DNA from: an uncultured Acidobacteriaceae bacterium
GTDB lineage: Bacteria > Acidobacteriota > Terriglobia > Terriglobales > Acidobacteriaceae
Reading direction: 5' to 3'
NCBI GenBank assembly: GCA_963810955.1
Contig: CAWEPW010000043.1
Span: 37,034-101,033 of the forward strand
Length of the DNA: 64,000 bases
Below are positions 8,115 through 17,209 of this stretch, in pieces. A program made the position numbers and the translations under genes. How positions within the stretch are numbered: position 1 is the stretch's first letter; every line of letters starts with the position of its first letter. The notes under the pieces were generated by a model. It was given only the letters and a program-made list of their open reading frames with translations, searched no databases and was not told where the DNA came from.

Positions 8115-9858
8115 TTGACCGCTTCAGGTAGCCATCTGATCGCCCCGCATGGGGGAGAACTGGTTCAGCTGCAAGTGCCGGCCGCGCGCGCCGCGGAGTT
8201 GAAGGCGCACTCGAAAGATTGGCCTTCGTGGGACCTGACCGCCCGGCAGCTTTGCGATCTGGAATTGTTGACCAGCGGCGGCTTTTCTCCGCTGCGCGGG
8301 TTTATGAATCGCGCCGATTACGAAGGCGTGTGCCACAACATGCGCCTGGCGAACGGCACACTTTGGCCGATGCCGATCACTCTCGACGTCAGTGAAGAAT
8401 TTGCCAAGAAACTGACCCCCGGTTCGAGCAAAATCGCGCTGCGCGATCCCGAAGGCGTGATGCTCGCCGTGCTCAACGTTGAAGACGTCTGGCAACCGGA
8501 CCGCAAGAGTGAAGCTCAATCCGTCTTTGGTTCCACCAGCGCCGCGCACCCGGGTGCGGACTACGCGATCAACAAGTCGCATCCGTGGTACGTGGGCGGA
8601 ACGATCGAAGAGTTGCAGGCTCCGTCGCACTACGATTTCCGCGCCCTGCGCCTGACTCCGGCCGACCTGCGTGCCGAGTTCCGCCGCCTGGGTTGGACCA
8701 CCGTCGTAGCCTTCCAGACGCGTAATCCCATGCATCGCGCCCACGTCGAGCTGACCATGCGCGCCGCCAAGCAAGTCGAGGCGAATCTGCTCATCCATCC
8801 TTCGGTCGGCATGACCAAGCCCGGCGACGTGGACTATTTCGTCCGCACCCGCTGCTACGAGCTGCTGCTGGCCAAGTATCCGCACGGCACAGTAAAGCTC
8901 TCGATGCTGCCGCTTGCCATGCGCATGGGCGGGCCGCGCGAAGCGCTGTGGCATGGCTTGATCCGCAAGAATCATGGCTGCACTCATTTCATCGTCGGCC
9001 GCGATCATGCCGGACCGGGCAAAGACACCGATGGCAGGAACTTCTACGGACCTTACGATGCCCAGGAACTATTCAAGAAACATCAGGAAGAAATGGGCGT
9101 CAAGATGGTTCCTTTCCAGATGATGGTTTATCTGCAGAATGAAGACCGTTATGTGCCTTCAGACGAAGTCCCACAGGGCGCGAAGGTCCTCGACATTTCA
9201 GGAACGGAATTGCGTCAACGCCTCAACGAGGGCCGTGATATTCCCGCTTGGTTTACCTATCCCGAAGTGGTGCAGGAATTGCGCCGCAGCTATCCGCCAC
9301 GCCACAAACAGGGCGTCACGATTTTCTTTACCGGTCTTTCGGGCTCGGGCAAGTCGACGATCGCCAACGCCCTGATCACGAAGTTCCTGGAGATGGGCGG
9401 ACGTCCCAGTCACTCTGCTCGACGGCGACCTGGTGCGCAAGAACCTGTCGTCGGAATTGGGCTTCTCGAAGGAGCATCGCGACATCAACATTCGCCGCAT
9501 CGGCTACGTCGCTTCCGAAATCACCAAGAACGGCGGCATCGCCATCTGCGCCCCCATCGCTCCTTACCAGGCGACGCGCAAGGCGGTGCGGCAGATGATT
9601 GAGCCTTTCGGCGGCTTCATCCTAGTGCACGCGGCTACGTCGATCGAAGTCTGCGAACAGCGCGATCGCAAGGGCCTCTACGCCAAGGCGCGAGCCGGCA
9701 TTGTCAAGGAATTCACCGGCATCTCCGATCCTTATGAGGCACCTGCCGATGCCGAAGTGGTCATCGATACTGCTAAGCTGACTCCCGAAGAAGCCGCCCA
9801 GACCATTATTTTGCACCTGGAGCGCGAGGGCTTTGTCGGGGCCAACGGCAACGGATAG
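8115..9858 (+). CDS. sat/cysC: Bifunctional sulfate adenylyltransferase (Sat-type ATP sulfurylase) with a C-terminal APS kinase domain (PAPS synthase). The reading frame is interrupted by a +1 indel near 9405-9410. The likely start is TTG at 8115, preceded by GGAGGA; the track ORF starts at 8010
   Basis: [24 protein letters not shown] and GRDHAGPG are ATP sulfurylase motifs. The C-terminal [22 protein letters not shown]-loop continues after the shift in frame 9433-9858 ([30 protein letters not shown]...). One extra nucleotide in cgtcccagtcact separates the two frames. Confidence 0.8.
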
Positions 9859-10144
9859 TTATCCATCCCGGTTCCCCAGTCCGCTGTTTCAACGACTTAT
9901 CGTTACTCCGGACTGGGAAGCCGGGGCTCGCTCCGGAAGGCTGCCAGCGAAGTCAATAAAGTCTATCGTTACAGTTGGCTTTATGGGATAATAACCCCGG
10001 AGAGCGGCTTCCCGTGCCGATTTTCAGTTTCTCGGTTCCTTAACATTGTTCTGCTAAACAGGATCTCGCGAAGCAGATTTTGCTAAGCAATGTTTCGCGT
10101 CACCGGGAATTGAGAAGCCGGAACTAAAGCTCTCGAAACACCGC

Positions 10145-10915
10145 ATGGAATTCTTGCTGCTAAAAGTACTGATCGGCTTCTGCGTCGGAACGCTGATCGG
10201 CTTAACGGGTCTGGGCGGCGGCGTATTGCTTTTGCCCATGCTCATCTTTGGCCTGCACATCCCCGCCATCATCGCCGTCGGCAGCGACGCGATGTTCAAC
10301 TTCTTCACCAAGATTCCCGCCAGCATCATGCACATCTGGCGGGGCACGGTGCGGAGAAAAGTCGTGCTCGCCATGGCCATCGGCAGCATGCCCGGCTCCT
10401 ATCTCGGCGTAACTTTTCTCGTGCACCTGCGCCACGTTTACGGCAACCACGTCAACGATTTCATCAAATCCGCGGTAGGGTTATTGCTCGTCTTAATTCC
10501 CACCCTGCTGATGTTTCAGGGCCGGATCGAGGACCATCTAGCCGGCCGCACGCCGACCATGAAGTCATTCGCCTTCATGAGCGTAATCGGACTTACCGGC
10601 GGATTCCTGGTGGGCATCACCTCGGTCGGCTCGGGCAGCATCATCATGATGTTGCTTCTTTTGTTTTATTCCTTCCCTCCCAAGATCATGGTCGGCACCG
10701 ACATTGCCCATGCCGTGCTTCTCACCGGCGTGACCAGTCTGTTGCACTGGCGGGCAGGCAACGTTGACGGGCATCTGGTCGGAGCATTGCTCATCGGGTC
10801 GATTCCCGGCGGAATGCTTGGCTCGTATCTGACTACGCGTGTCCCGGTACTGTGGCTGCGGCGAATCCTGTGCACCGTCTTGCTGATCACCGGAGCGCGC
10901 ATGTTGTGGGTGTAA
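10145..10915 (+). CDS. TauE/SafE (DUF81) family anion permease; a candidate sulfate or sulfite transporter by context
   Basis: 256 aa polytopic membrane protein with two halves each carrying GxGGG-like motifs (LTGLGGGVLLLP and ITSVGSGSIIMM). It sits between sat-cysC and cysQ. Confidence 0.7.
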   Translation: MEFLLLKVLIGFCVGTLIGLTGLGGGVLLLPMLIFGLHIPAIIAVGSDAMFNFFTKIPASIMHIWRGTVRRKVVLAMAIGSMPGSYLGVTFLVHLRHVYGNHVNDFIKSAVGLLLVLIPTLLMFQGRIEDHLAGRTPTMKSFAFMSVIGLTGGFLVGITSVGSGSIIMMLLLLFYSFPPKIMVGTDIAHAVLLTGVTSLLHWRAGNVDGHLVGALLIGSIPGGMLGSYLTTRVPVLWLRRILCTVLLITGARMLWV

Positions 10916-10920
10916 GAAAC

Positions 10921-10996
10921 ATTGAATCATTTTGACATTGAGTCATTAATGAATAATTCAATGCCTCAATGCCTCAATGATTCAATGACTCAATAG
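10921..10996. repeat. AT-rich tract of ~8-nt tandem repeats (CAATGMYT) in the 5' region of cysQ
   Basis: caatgcct caatgcct caatgatt caatgact caatagcc, preceded by ttgaatc attttgac attgagtc. Local GC is far below the genome background. Confidence 0.75.
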
Positions 10997-11016
10997 CCGG
11001 CACTTACTATTTCTTC

Positions 11017-11841
11017 TTGGAGAACATCTTAGTGACTTCATCCGCAGAAACTCTGGAACGTATTCATGCCGCACTGGAAGCGGCTCGGGTTGTGCTGAAG
11101 GGCTTTACCCCCGGAGCCATCGAGGCCAAATTTAAAGTTGGCGACGATCCGGTCACGGCCGCCGACCGCGCCGTCGACGACGTTCTGCGCAAGACGCTGC
11201 TTCGTTCCGGCGAGGGTTGGCTCTCGGAAGAAACCGTCGACGATTTCAGCCGTCTCGACAAACAACGTGTATGGGTCGTCGATCCGCTCGATGGCACGCG
11301 CGAGTTCGTGCAAGGCATTCCCGAATTCTGTGTTTCCATCGCCATGGTGGAGAATGGAATTCCCGTCGCCGGAGGCATCTGCAATCCGGCGACCGACGAA
11401 CTCATACTGGGCTCGCGCGAAACCGGCGTAACCTACAATGGGAAGCCCGCGCAACCGAGCCAGCGCAAGGATCTCCACGGCGCGCTCGTCCTGGCCAGCC
11501 GCAGCGAAGTGAAGCGAGGCGAGTGGAAGCAGTTCGAATCGGCCGAGTTCAACATTCGCCCCATGGGATCGGTCGCCTACAAGCTCGGACTGGTCGCCGC
11601 CGGCCGCGCCGATCTCACCTTCACCCTGGTTCCAAAAAATGAGTGGGACGTTGCCGCCGGCGCCGCGCTGGTCGAAAGCGCCGGAGGGTGGGTGCTGAAA
11701 CTCGACAATTCTCCCTTGCGCTGCAACCAGAAAAATCCGCTGATCTCCGGCCTCCTGGCCGGTAGCCCATTCCTGCGCGCTCCATTGCTCGCCATGCTCG
11801 ACCGCCACTCCCAGACCGTCGGAGCGGACAAGCAAGTCTGA
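11017..11841 (+). CDS. cysQ: 3'(2'),5'-bisphosphate nucleotidase CysQ (inositol monophosphatase family). Start may be the GTG at 11032, which has a GGAGA upstream
   Basis: WVVDPLDGTREF and WDVAAGAALV metal-binding motifs; 274 aa. Confidence 0.8.
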   Translation: MENILVTSSAETLERIHAALEAARVVLKGFTPGAIEAKFKVGDDPVTAADRAVDDVLRKTLLRSGEGWLSEETVDDFSRLDKQRVWVVDPLDGTREFVQGIPEFCVSIAMVENGIPVAGGICNPATDELILGSRETGVTYNGKPAQPSQRKDLHGALVLASRSEVKRGEWKQFESAEFNIRPMGSVAYKLGLVAAGRADLTFTLVPKNEWDVAAGAALVESAGGWVLKLDNSPLRCNQKNPLISGLLAGSPFLRAPLLAMLDRHSQTVGADKQV

Positions 11842-12166
11842 CGCACTTACCAGCGCGTACGCACAATCTTGTCGCCACCGAACCGGACTGACGCCGGCGA
11901 ACAAAAAGCGCAATCGCTCGCTTCGCGTCACATTTTGCAAGCCAACCATTGGCCCCAGGATTCCCGATTTCGTCCCCCTATCGGCCGAAAACCCCCGTCC
12001 CACGGCTGTTTTCAGCTTATCTTTAGAAACCAGCGGACACTAGCCGCCGCGAATCGGTACATTAAGTTCCTGACCTGAGGATATCTAGGAAGCTTCCATT
12101 TACCCGGTTAGATTGAGCCTGAGGACAATCGACTGTCCCCCAATTCAGTAGGGTCGAGGGCTCATA

Positions 12167-14100
12167 ATGTTGCATGCAGAAAATGTACTTATAAGAAGCT
12201 ATTCTCCGTTTTCCGCTGCGCTCTTGCAGCGTCTTAGTCTTCTTACAATCCTGGCACTCACACTCACAACCATTCTCTCCGCCGAGACGCCGCATGGAAC
12301 TGCGATCCGTGGAACGGAGATACATGTAAGGGTAGGCGGAACGTCGGCGCAAGGTCCCGGCACAGACGGTGACAGTGGTTACGATGGCCCGGCGCAGCTG
12401 CCAATGGCCACCGTTGCCAGTTCCATGGCCGACACACCGGCGCCCGGCGCAATCATCAATGTCAATGCGGGCGGCGATCTCCAAACCGCCTTGAACACTG
12501 CCCAATGCGGCGACACGCTCGAACTGGAGGCCGGCGCAACTTTCACGGGATACTTCAGCTTTCCGGCTAAGGCATGCGATAACGAGCACTGGATCATTGT
12601 TCGAACGAGCGCGCTTGACACCGATCTTCCCGCCGAAGGTCAGCGCTTGACGCCTTGCTATGCGGGCGTGGCCTCACTGCCGGGGCGTCCACAATATACC
12701 TGCAACAACCCGCAGAATGTTCTCGCGAAGATCGTGAGTGCGGGGACTAGCGCGAGTCCGGTCACCTTCGCTTCCGGAGCGAATCACTATCGCCTCTTGG
12801 GCCTCGAAATCACGCGGCCGAGCGGAGTCGCGGGGTCGCCAGCGCTGGTCATAGTAATAAGAAAAGGCAACGCCGATCACATAGTTCTGGATCGCAGCTG
12901 GTTGCACGGGACAGCGGACGATGAAACCAGGTCTGGTATCTCTGTCGTCGGTGCGAGTTACGTGGCGGTCGTGGATTCGACCTTCACAAACTTTCAATGC
13001 ACCTCCAAGACCGGCACGTGCACGGATTCCCACGCAGTGGTTGGAGGCAATGGGGATCATCCAGGATGGTCCCTTCTTGATCCAAGACAACTTCCTGGAA
13101 GCTGCAGGAGAAGAAATTCTATTCGGCGGCGGCGCGGCCACCACGACTCCCTCCGACATCACCATCAGCTCCAATCACTTCTTCAAGCCATGGCAGTGGA
13201 TGCCCGGAAGCAAGCCCTTCCAGGGTGGAAAGGGCGGCCATCCATTCATTGTCAAGAACCACCTGGAACTGAAGAATGCTACACGGGTGCTGGCAGAAGC
13301 CAACCTGATGGAAGACGTCTGGGGAGGTTTCAGCCAGCAAGGCTTCGCAATCGTCCTCACTCCGAGCAACCAGCCTAGTCAAACAAAACCCATCGTCGAC
13401 ATGTGCCCGACCTGCGAGGTCACCGACGTGACCATCCGTTATACCCACATCATGCATGCGGGAGGGGGGATCGTTATGGCGACCCCCATTTCCGGACATG
13501 GCAAGAATGAAGGCGGAGCAGCCGCCAAGGAAGGAGCTCGCTGGAGCGTTCACGACGTGGTCTTCGATGACATCAGCCAGGGTTACACCGGCGAGGGTAG
13601 GTTGTTTTACCTGGCGAACGGCTGGCCGACGAACCCGGTGAACACCGTCACGATCAATCACATTACCGGATTCTCCGATGTAAAAGGCGGCTTTATGCTC
13701 ACGGGAAATAACCCGCCCAATCAGGAGATGTACGGCTTAGTCTTCACTAACAATATTGTCACCACCGGAGTTCACCCGATGTGGTCTGCAGAGGGTGGCG
13801 ATACCAGTTGTGCGAAATCAGATGTCCCGGTCACCGTTCTGAGCAACTGCTTCAAGACATTCACCTTCAACTATAACGCCCTCCTGGGGACGACTTCCAG
13901 TTTTGGACCAGGAACCTGGCCGGATCGGCAATATGTTCGGTCCGAGCCCCGGCGTTACCGCGTTTGCCGCATATAAGAACGGCAACGGTGGAAACTATCA
14001 GCTTCCCGCGAACAGCCCCTATAAGAATGCCGGGAGCGACGGCAAGGATCTGGGGGCCGACATCGTCGGACTCACCAAGGCTTTGGCCGGAGTCGAGTAA
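12167..14100 (+). CDS. Secreted right-handed parallel beta-helix protein (putative polysaccharide lyase or depolymerase), paralog 1. Spread over three frames (12167-13378, 12921-13976, 13903-14100), so either two frameshifts or a pseudogene
   Basis: Colinear with the intact paralog 17210-19069 (CGDTLELEAGATF, LPGRPQYT, TGTCTDS..GGNGD, ILFGGGA, FKPWQWMPG, WGGFSQQGF, CEVTDVTIRYT, C-terminal DLGADIVGL..LAGVE). Frame changes fall near 13050 and 13900. Confidence 0.6.
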
Positions 14101-14134
14101 GTTCTAGTTCGAAAGTGTTTATTTTGGAGAATGC

Positions 14135-14162
14135 TAGCGCCAAGGTCTGCGGTTCGCCGCGG
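14135..14162. terminator. GC-rich hairpin (12-bp stem, ttcg loop) between convergent genes; candidate bidirectional terminator with no clear U-tract
   Basis: caaggtctgcgg ttcg ccgcggaccttg. Confidence 0.35.
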
Positions 14163-14173
14163 ACCTTGTTCTG

Positions 14174-15363
14174 CTAGCCAGCCGGAGGACGCGTTCCCAG
14201 CTGATCAAGTTCTATCCGTGACGGAATGGCGCGCCCATGTCGCAGCGCCTGGTAGACCCACGCAAACAATGCTGAATTGATCATGCAAAAATAGTAAGGG
14301 AGCCGCAGAACTTTGGGCTTGAGGCTAGCCATAGCGCCCAGTACAGCGAGCCCATAGAAGAGCACTTGCCCGAGCAACAACCAGTCGTAAGGGAATTGTC
14401 CGCGCAAAGCGATATTCGCTCCAAGCGCGATGAGCATAAAGATGGGCACCAGCAGCCGCCCGGTTTTGTGAGAGAGCAAACAGAAGAGGACAAACGGCCG
14501 CGGCGGCCAGATCAGCCCTTTGATCTCCCGCAATTGTTCGATGTTGCCGGCCGTGATTCGCACGCGGCGGGAGAATCCCTCCATTTCATGAGCCTCTTCA
14601 TAGGCCACGGCTGCCGGTTCGTAGGCCACGCGATGTCCCTGTTCAACAATGCGCATCGGAATCGTGAAGTCGTCGTTGATGGTGTTGAGCGGCGGAAATG
14701 GATAAAGCGCGCGACGAATGGCATAAAGAGATCCGTGCGCGCCAGTAAATGCGCCGAGCTTGGCCTCTTGCACTTTCAGGAAAGTTTCATATTTCCAGTA
14801 GAGATCTTCTTGCGACCCAAGGTGGGCCTGATCTTTCTTCAGGAGCCGGTAAACTCCGCTGGCCGCGCCCACCCGCGCATCGTTGAAACTCTGCACCAGC
14901 ACGCGGAGAGAGTCGGCGGCCAACATGCTGGAAGCGTCGGAGAACGCTACGATGTCTCCGCGCAATTCGGGCACGGCATCGTTAAGAACCGCCATCTTTC
15001 CGCGATTCTTCTCATAATTGAGCAGGCGAATTCGTCCGTCGCTTCCGGTGTCGCTTCGTTTTCGCTTTTATAAAATGACCGCACAATTTCAGCCGTGGCA
15101 TCCTTCGACCCATCCGATGCGACCACGATTTCCAGCTTGTCGGCCGGGTAGTCAAGCGCAAGACTGTTGCGGATTTTGTCCGCGATAACAGCGGCTTCGT
15201 TGTAGGCGGCCACCAGCAGCGAAACGGACGGCTCAATCGGCTCCCGGCGCGGCGCGGCGCGAACCACACCCTGCAGCAGCCACAGCAGAATCGGATAACC
15301 GGCGTAGACGTAGACCGTAACCCCCGCCGAAATCCAGAACAGAAGCCTGGTCGTCATTAGCAA
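14174..15363 (-). CDS. Membrane-embedded family 2 glycosyltransferase (synthase-like, with TM segments at both ends). Split into two frames by an indel near 15040-15075
   Basis: N-terminal part (14947-15363): TM helix then LLVAAYNEAAVIADKI...LEIVVASDGSKDATAEIV. C-terminal part (14174-14995): NYEKNRGKMAVLNDAV..DIVAFSDASS..QEDLYWKYE..TGAHGSLYAIRR followed by several TM helices. Confidence 0.65.
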
Positions 15364-15370
15364 TACTGCC

Positions 15371-16056
15371 TTAGATGGCCGTAGACCGGATGCAATGCAG
15401 TTGCCCGAGAATCTCGTGCGAATCGATGCGGAATCCGGCGCGCTTCAAATAGTCTTCCGCCTGCGCCTGCGTGAAGAAATAGACCGGGCAGCCGTCCGCC
15501 TTGAGGCGCACCTTGCGAATCGATGCGCGCAGAGTCGCGGCGCGCGGCCATGCCGACAAGAAACGTCTTCTTCGTAATTCCGCGGATCACCTGCAATCTC
15601 GGCAACGGGTCGGCCACGTAATCCCAGAATCCGATCGCAATCACCTGATCGAACTTCTGGTCCGTCTTCCAGTCGAGCACATCGCTGAGCACGAACTTGC
15701 AGCGATCCGCGACACCCTTCTTTTTCCACCAGTTGCTGACTCAACCTCAGCATCTCCGGAGCAAAGTCCAGGCCGGTAACCTGCGCGCCGCGTTTGGCCA
15801 GCGTCGCGACAAAGCGTCCCGAACCGCAGCCGACGTCGCAGATCGTCATGCCGTTCAAGTCAGGGGACGGGCCTGATTCGCGCATGACCCACTCGTAGCG
15901 CTGGTAAATGTCTTTTCTCAGCCATTTATCCAGGCCGCGGCCGATCGGGCCCTTGTTGCCTGTATAGATCGCGTCGAAATCGTTGGCGATGTCGTTCCAG
16001 TATTTCGCTATCTGCTCAGATTCGTCAGTTTTTGTTTTCGTGGCTGTTCCATTCAT
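15371..16056 (-). CDS. Class I SAM-dependent methyltransferase, spread across three frames (two frame changes near 15712 and 15545)
   Basis: ICDVGCGSGRFVATLAKRGAQVTGLDFAPEMLRLSQQLVEKEG in frame 1. ..FVLSDVLDWKTDQKFDQVIAIGFWDYVADPLPRLQVIRGITKKTFL in frame 2. CPVYFFTQAQAEDYLKRAGFRIDSHEILGQ in frame 3. Confidence 0.65.
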
Positions 16057-16918
16057 AGAAATCGAAATCCTTGGCCGTATCGGCGAGTCCGCTTTCGCGG
16101 AAGCTGGTGTAATTTCCTGCCTGCAGCACGCTCTGGAAACGATCGAGAGTGCTCGACAGGTTGGTGTAGTGACGTAGACGGGAGCTCAGACGGCCCGGCA
16201 ACCGCGGCTGTTCGGGGTCGATCTCCCAGGGATGAATGTAAATCACGATGGGCAAACCTTCTTTTTGCACGCTTTTCAATCCCAATCGTGTGTAGATTCG
16301 CGGCAGCAGCCGAAGATAGCCGCCTCCGCCGACTGGCATATTGTGTCCAGCCAGGCGAAACGTGGTGATGGGAAACTCCGTCATGGGTCCCGAAGGCGTT
16401 TGAAAACGAAACGGAGCCCTCGGCGCGCCGGGCATCCCATAGCGGTCATGATGGATGGGAAAAATACTCGAGTCGTAGGTGAATCCAAGCTCGGTCAGGA
16501 TATCCAGCGCCCAAACCGAACGGTCGATCACAGAATAGGTAGGTGCACGATAACCGGTGACCGGTTGGCCGCCGATTTGCTCAATAATGTCCTTGGCGCG
16601 CCTAGTATCTTCCTTGAAATCAGCAGGTTCCAGCTTATATATCAACCGGTGCCAATAGGAATGGCAGGCCAACTCATGTCCACCTGCCGCAATCTCACGT
16701 ACCAATGCCGGAAACCGCTCCGCCACCCATCCCAGAACGAAAAACGTTCCCTGAATGTTGAGCCTAGCCATTAACTCCAATAGCCGCCGCGTGTTCGGTT
16801 CCACGCGGCTCGTATAGCTATCCCAGCGAGCGCGATCAACCACATCGGAAAAGGCTTCGGCGTGGAAATAGTCTTCCACATCCACCGACACCACATTTCT
16901 GAGTATTTTCTCTGACAT
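16025..16918 (-). CDS. Polysaccharide deacetylase family protein of the PEP-CTERM/exosortase-locus subtype
   Basis: NVVSVDVEDYFHAEAF N-terminal signature, ...GTFFVLGWVAERFP..ACHSYWH. 297 aa, intact. Confidence 0.7.
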   Translation of the reverse strand: MSEKILRNVVSVDVEDYFHAEAFSDVVDRARWDSYTSRVEPNTRRLLELMARLNIQGTFFVLGWVAERFPALVREIAAGGHELACHSYWHRLIYKLEPADFKEDTRRAKDIIEQIGGQPVTGYRAPTYSVIDRSVWALDILTELGFTYDSSIFPIHHDRYGMPGAPRAPFRFQTPSGPMTEFPITTFRLAGHNMPVGGGGYLRLLPRIYTRLGLKSVQKEGLPIVIYIHPWEIDPEQPRLPGRLSSRLRHYTNLSSTLDRFQSVLQAGNYTSFRESGLADTAKDFDFYEWNSHENKN

Positions 16919-17060
16919 TCCCCGATGGATCGTCCGCGAAAGGATTTCTCTCTTAGTATCGCCCAGCCAGCGGACATTTGGAACGTAATTTTGCCGCTCG
17001 CCGCAAGAGCACAGTTACAAAAGTAAGCCCATCGAAATGTGCTTAAAGCAAGGCTTTTCC

Positions 17061-17089
17061 GCAATTCGCCTTCCTTCGTGGTCCTTAGT
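17061..17089. repeat. Three tandem copies of a 9-10-nt unit (TCCTTMGTGG) in the 5' region of beta-helix paralog 2
   Basis: tccttcgtgg tccttagtgg ccttagtgg. Confidence 0.75.
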
Positions 17090-17209
17090 GGCCTTAGTGG
17101 TGATGCTTTCGCGGACCGCTCCACAACCGCATGTTACTATCTGCTATCGCAGCTGCTGAGAATATCCTTCATTCCACCCACGGGACGTGCCGTTAGGAGA
17201 ACCAACACC

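Noticed and set aside
8124-9008. 294-aa minus-strand ORF opposite sat
   Set aside because: Antisense to a well-supported ATP sulfurylase gene. Low-complexity Ala/Arg/Gly composition with no recognisable motifs.
9400-9415. Programmed +1 ribosomal frameshift in sat-cysC
   Set aside because: There is no slippery heptamer or stimulatory structure. Identical single-nucleotide frame breaks occur in at least 12 other unrelated genes, so a generic indel explanation is more parsimonious.
11038-12003. 321-aa minus-strand ORF
   Set aside because: Antisense to cysQ and its flanks. No domain signal.
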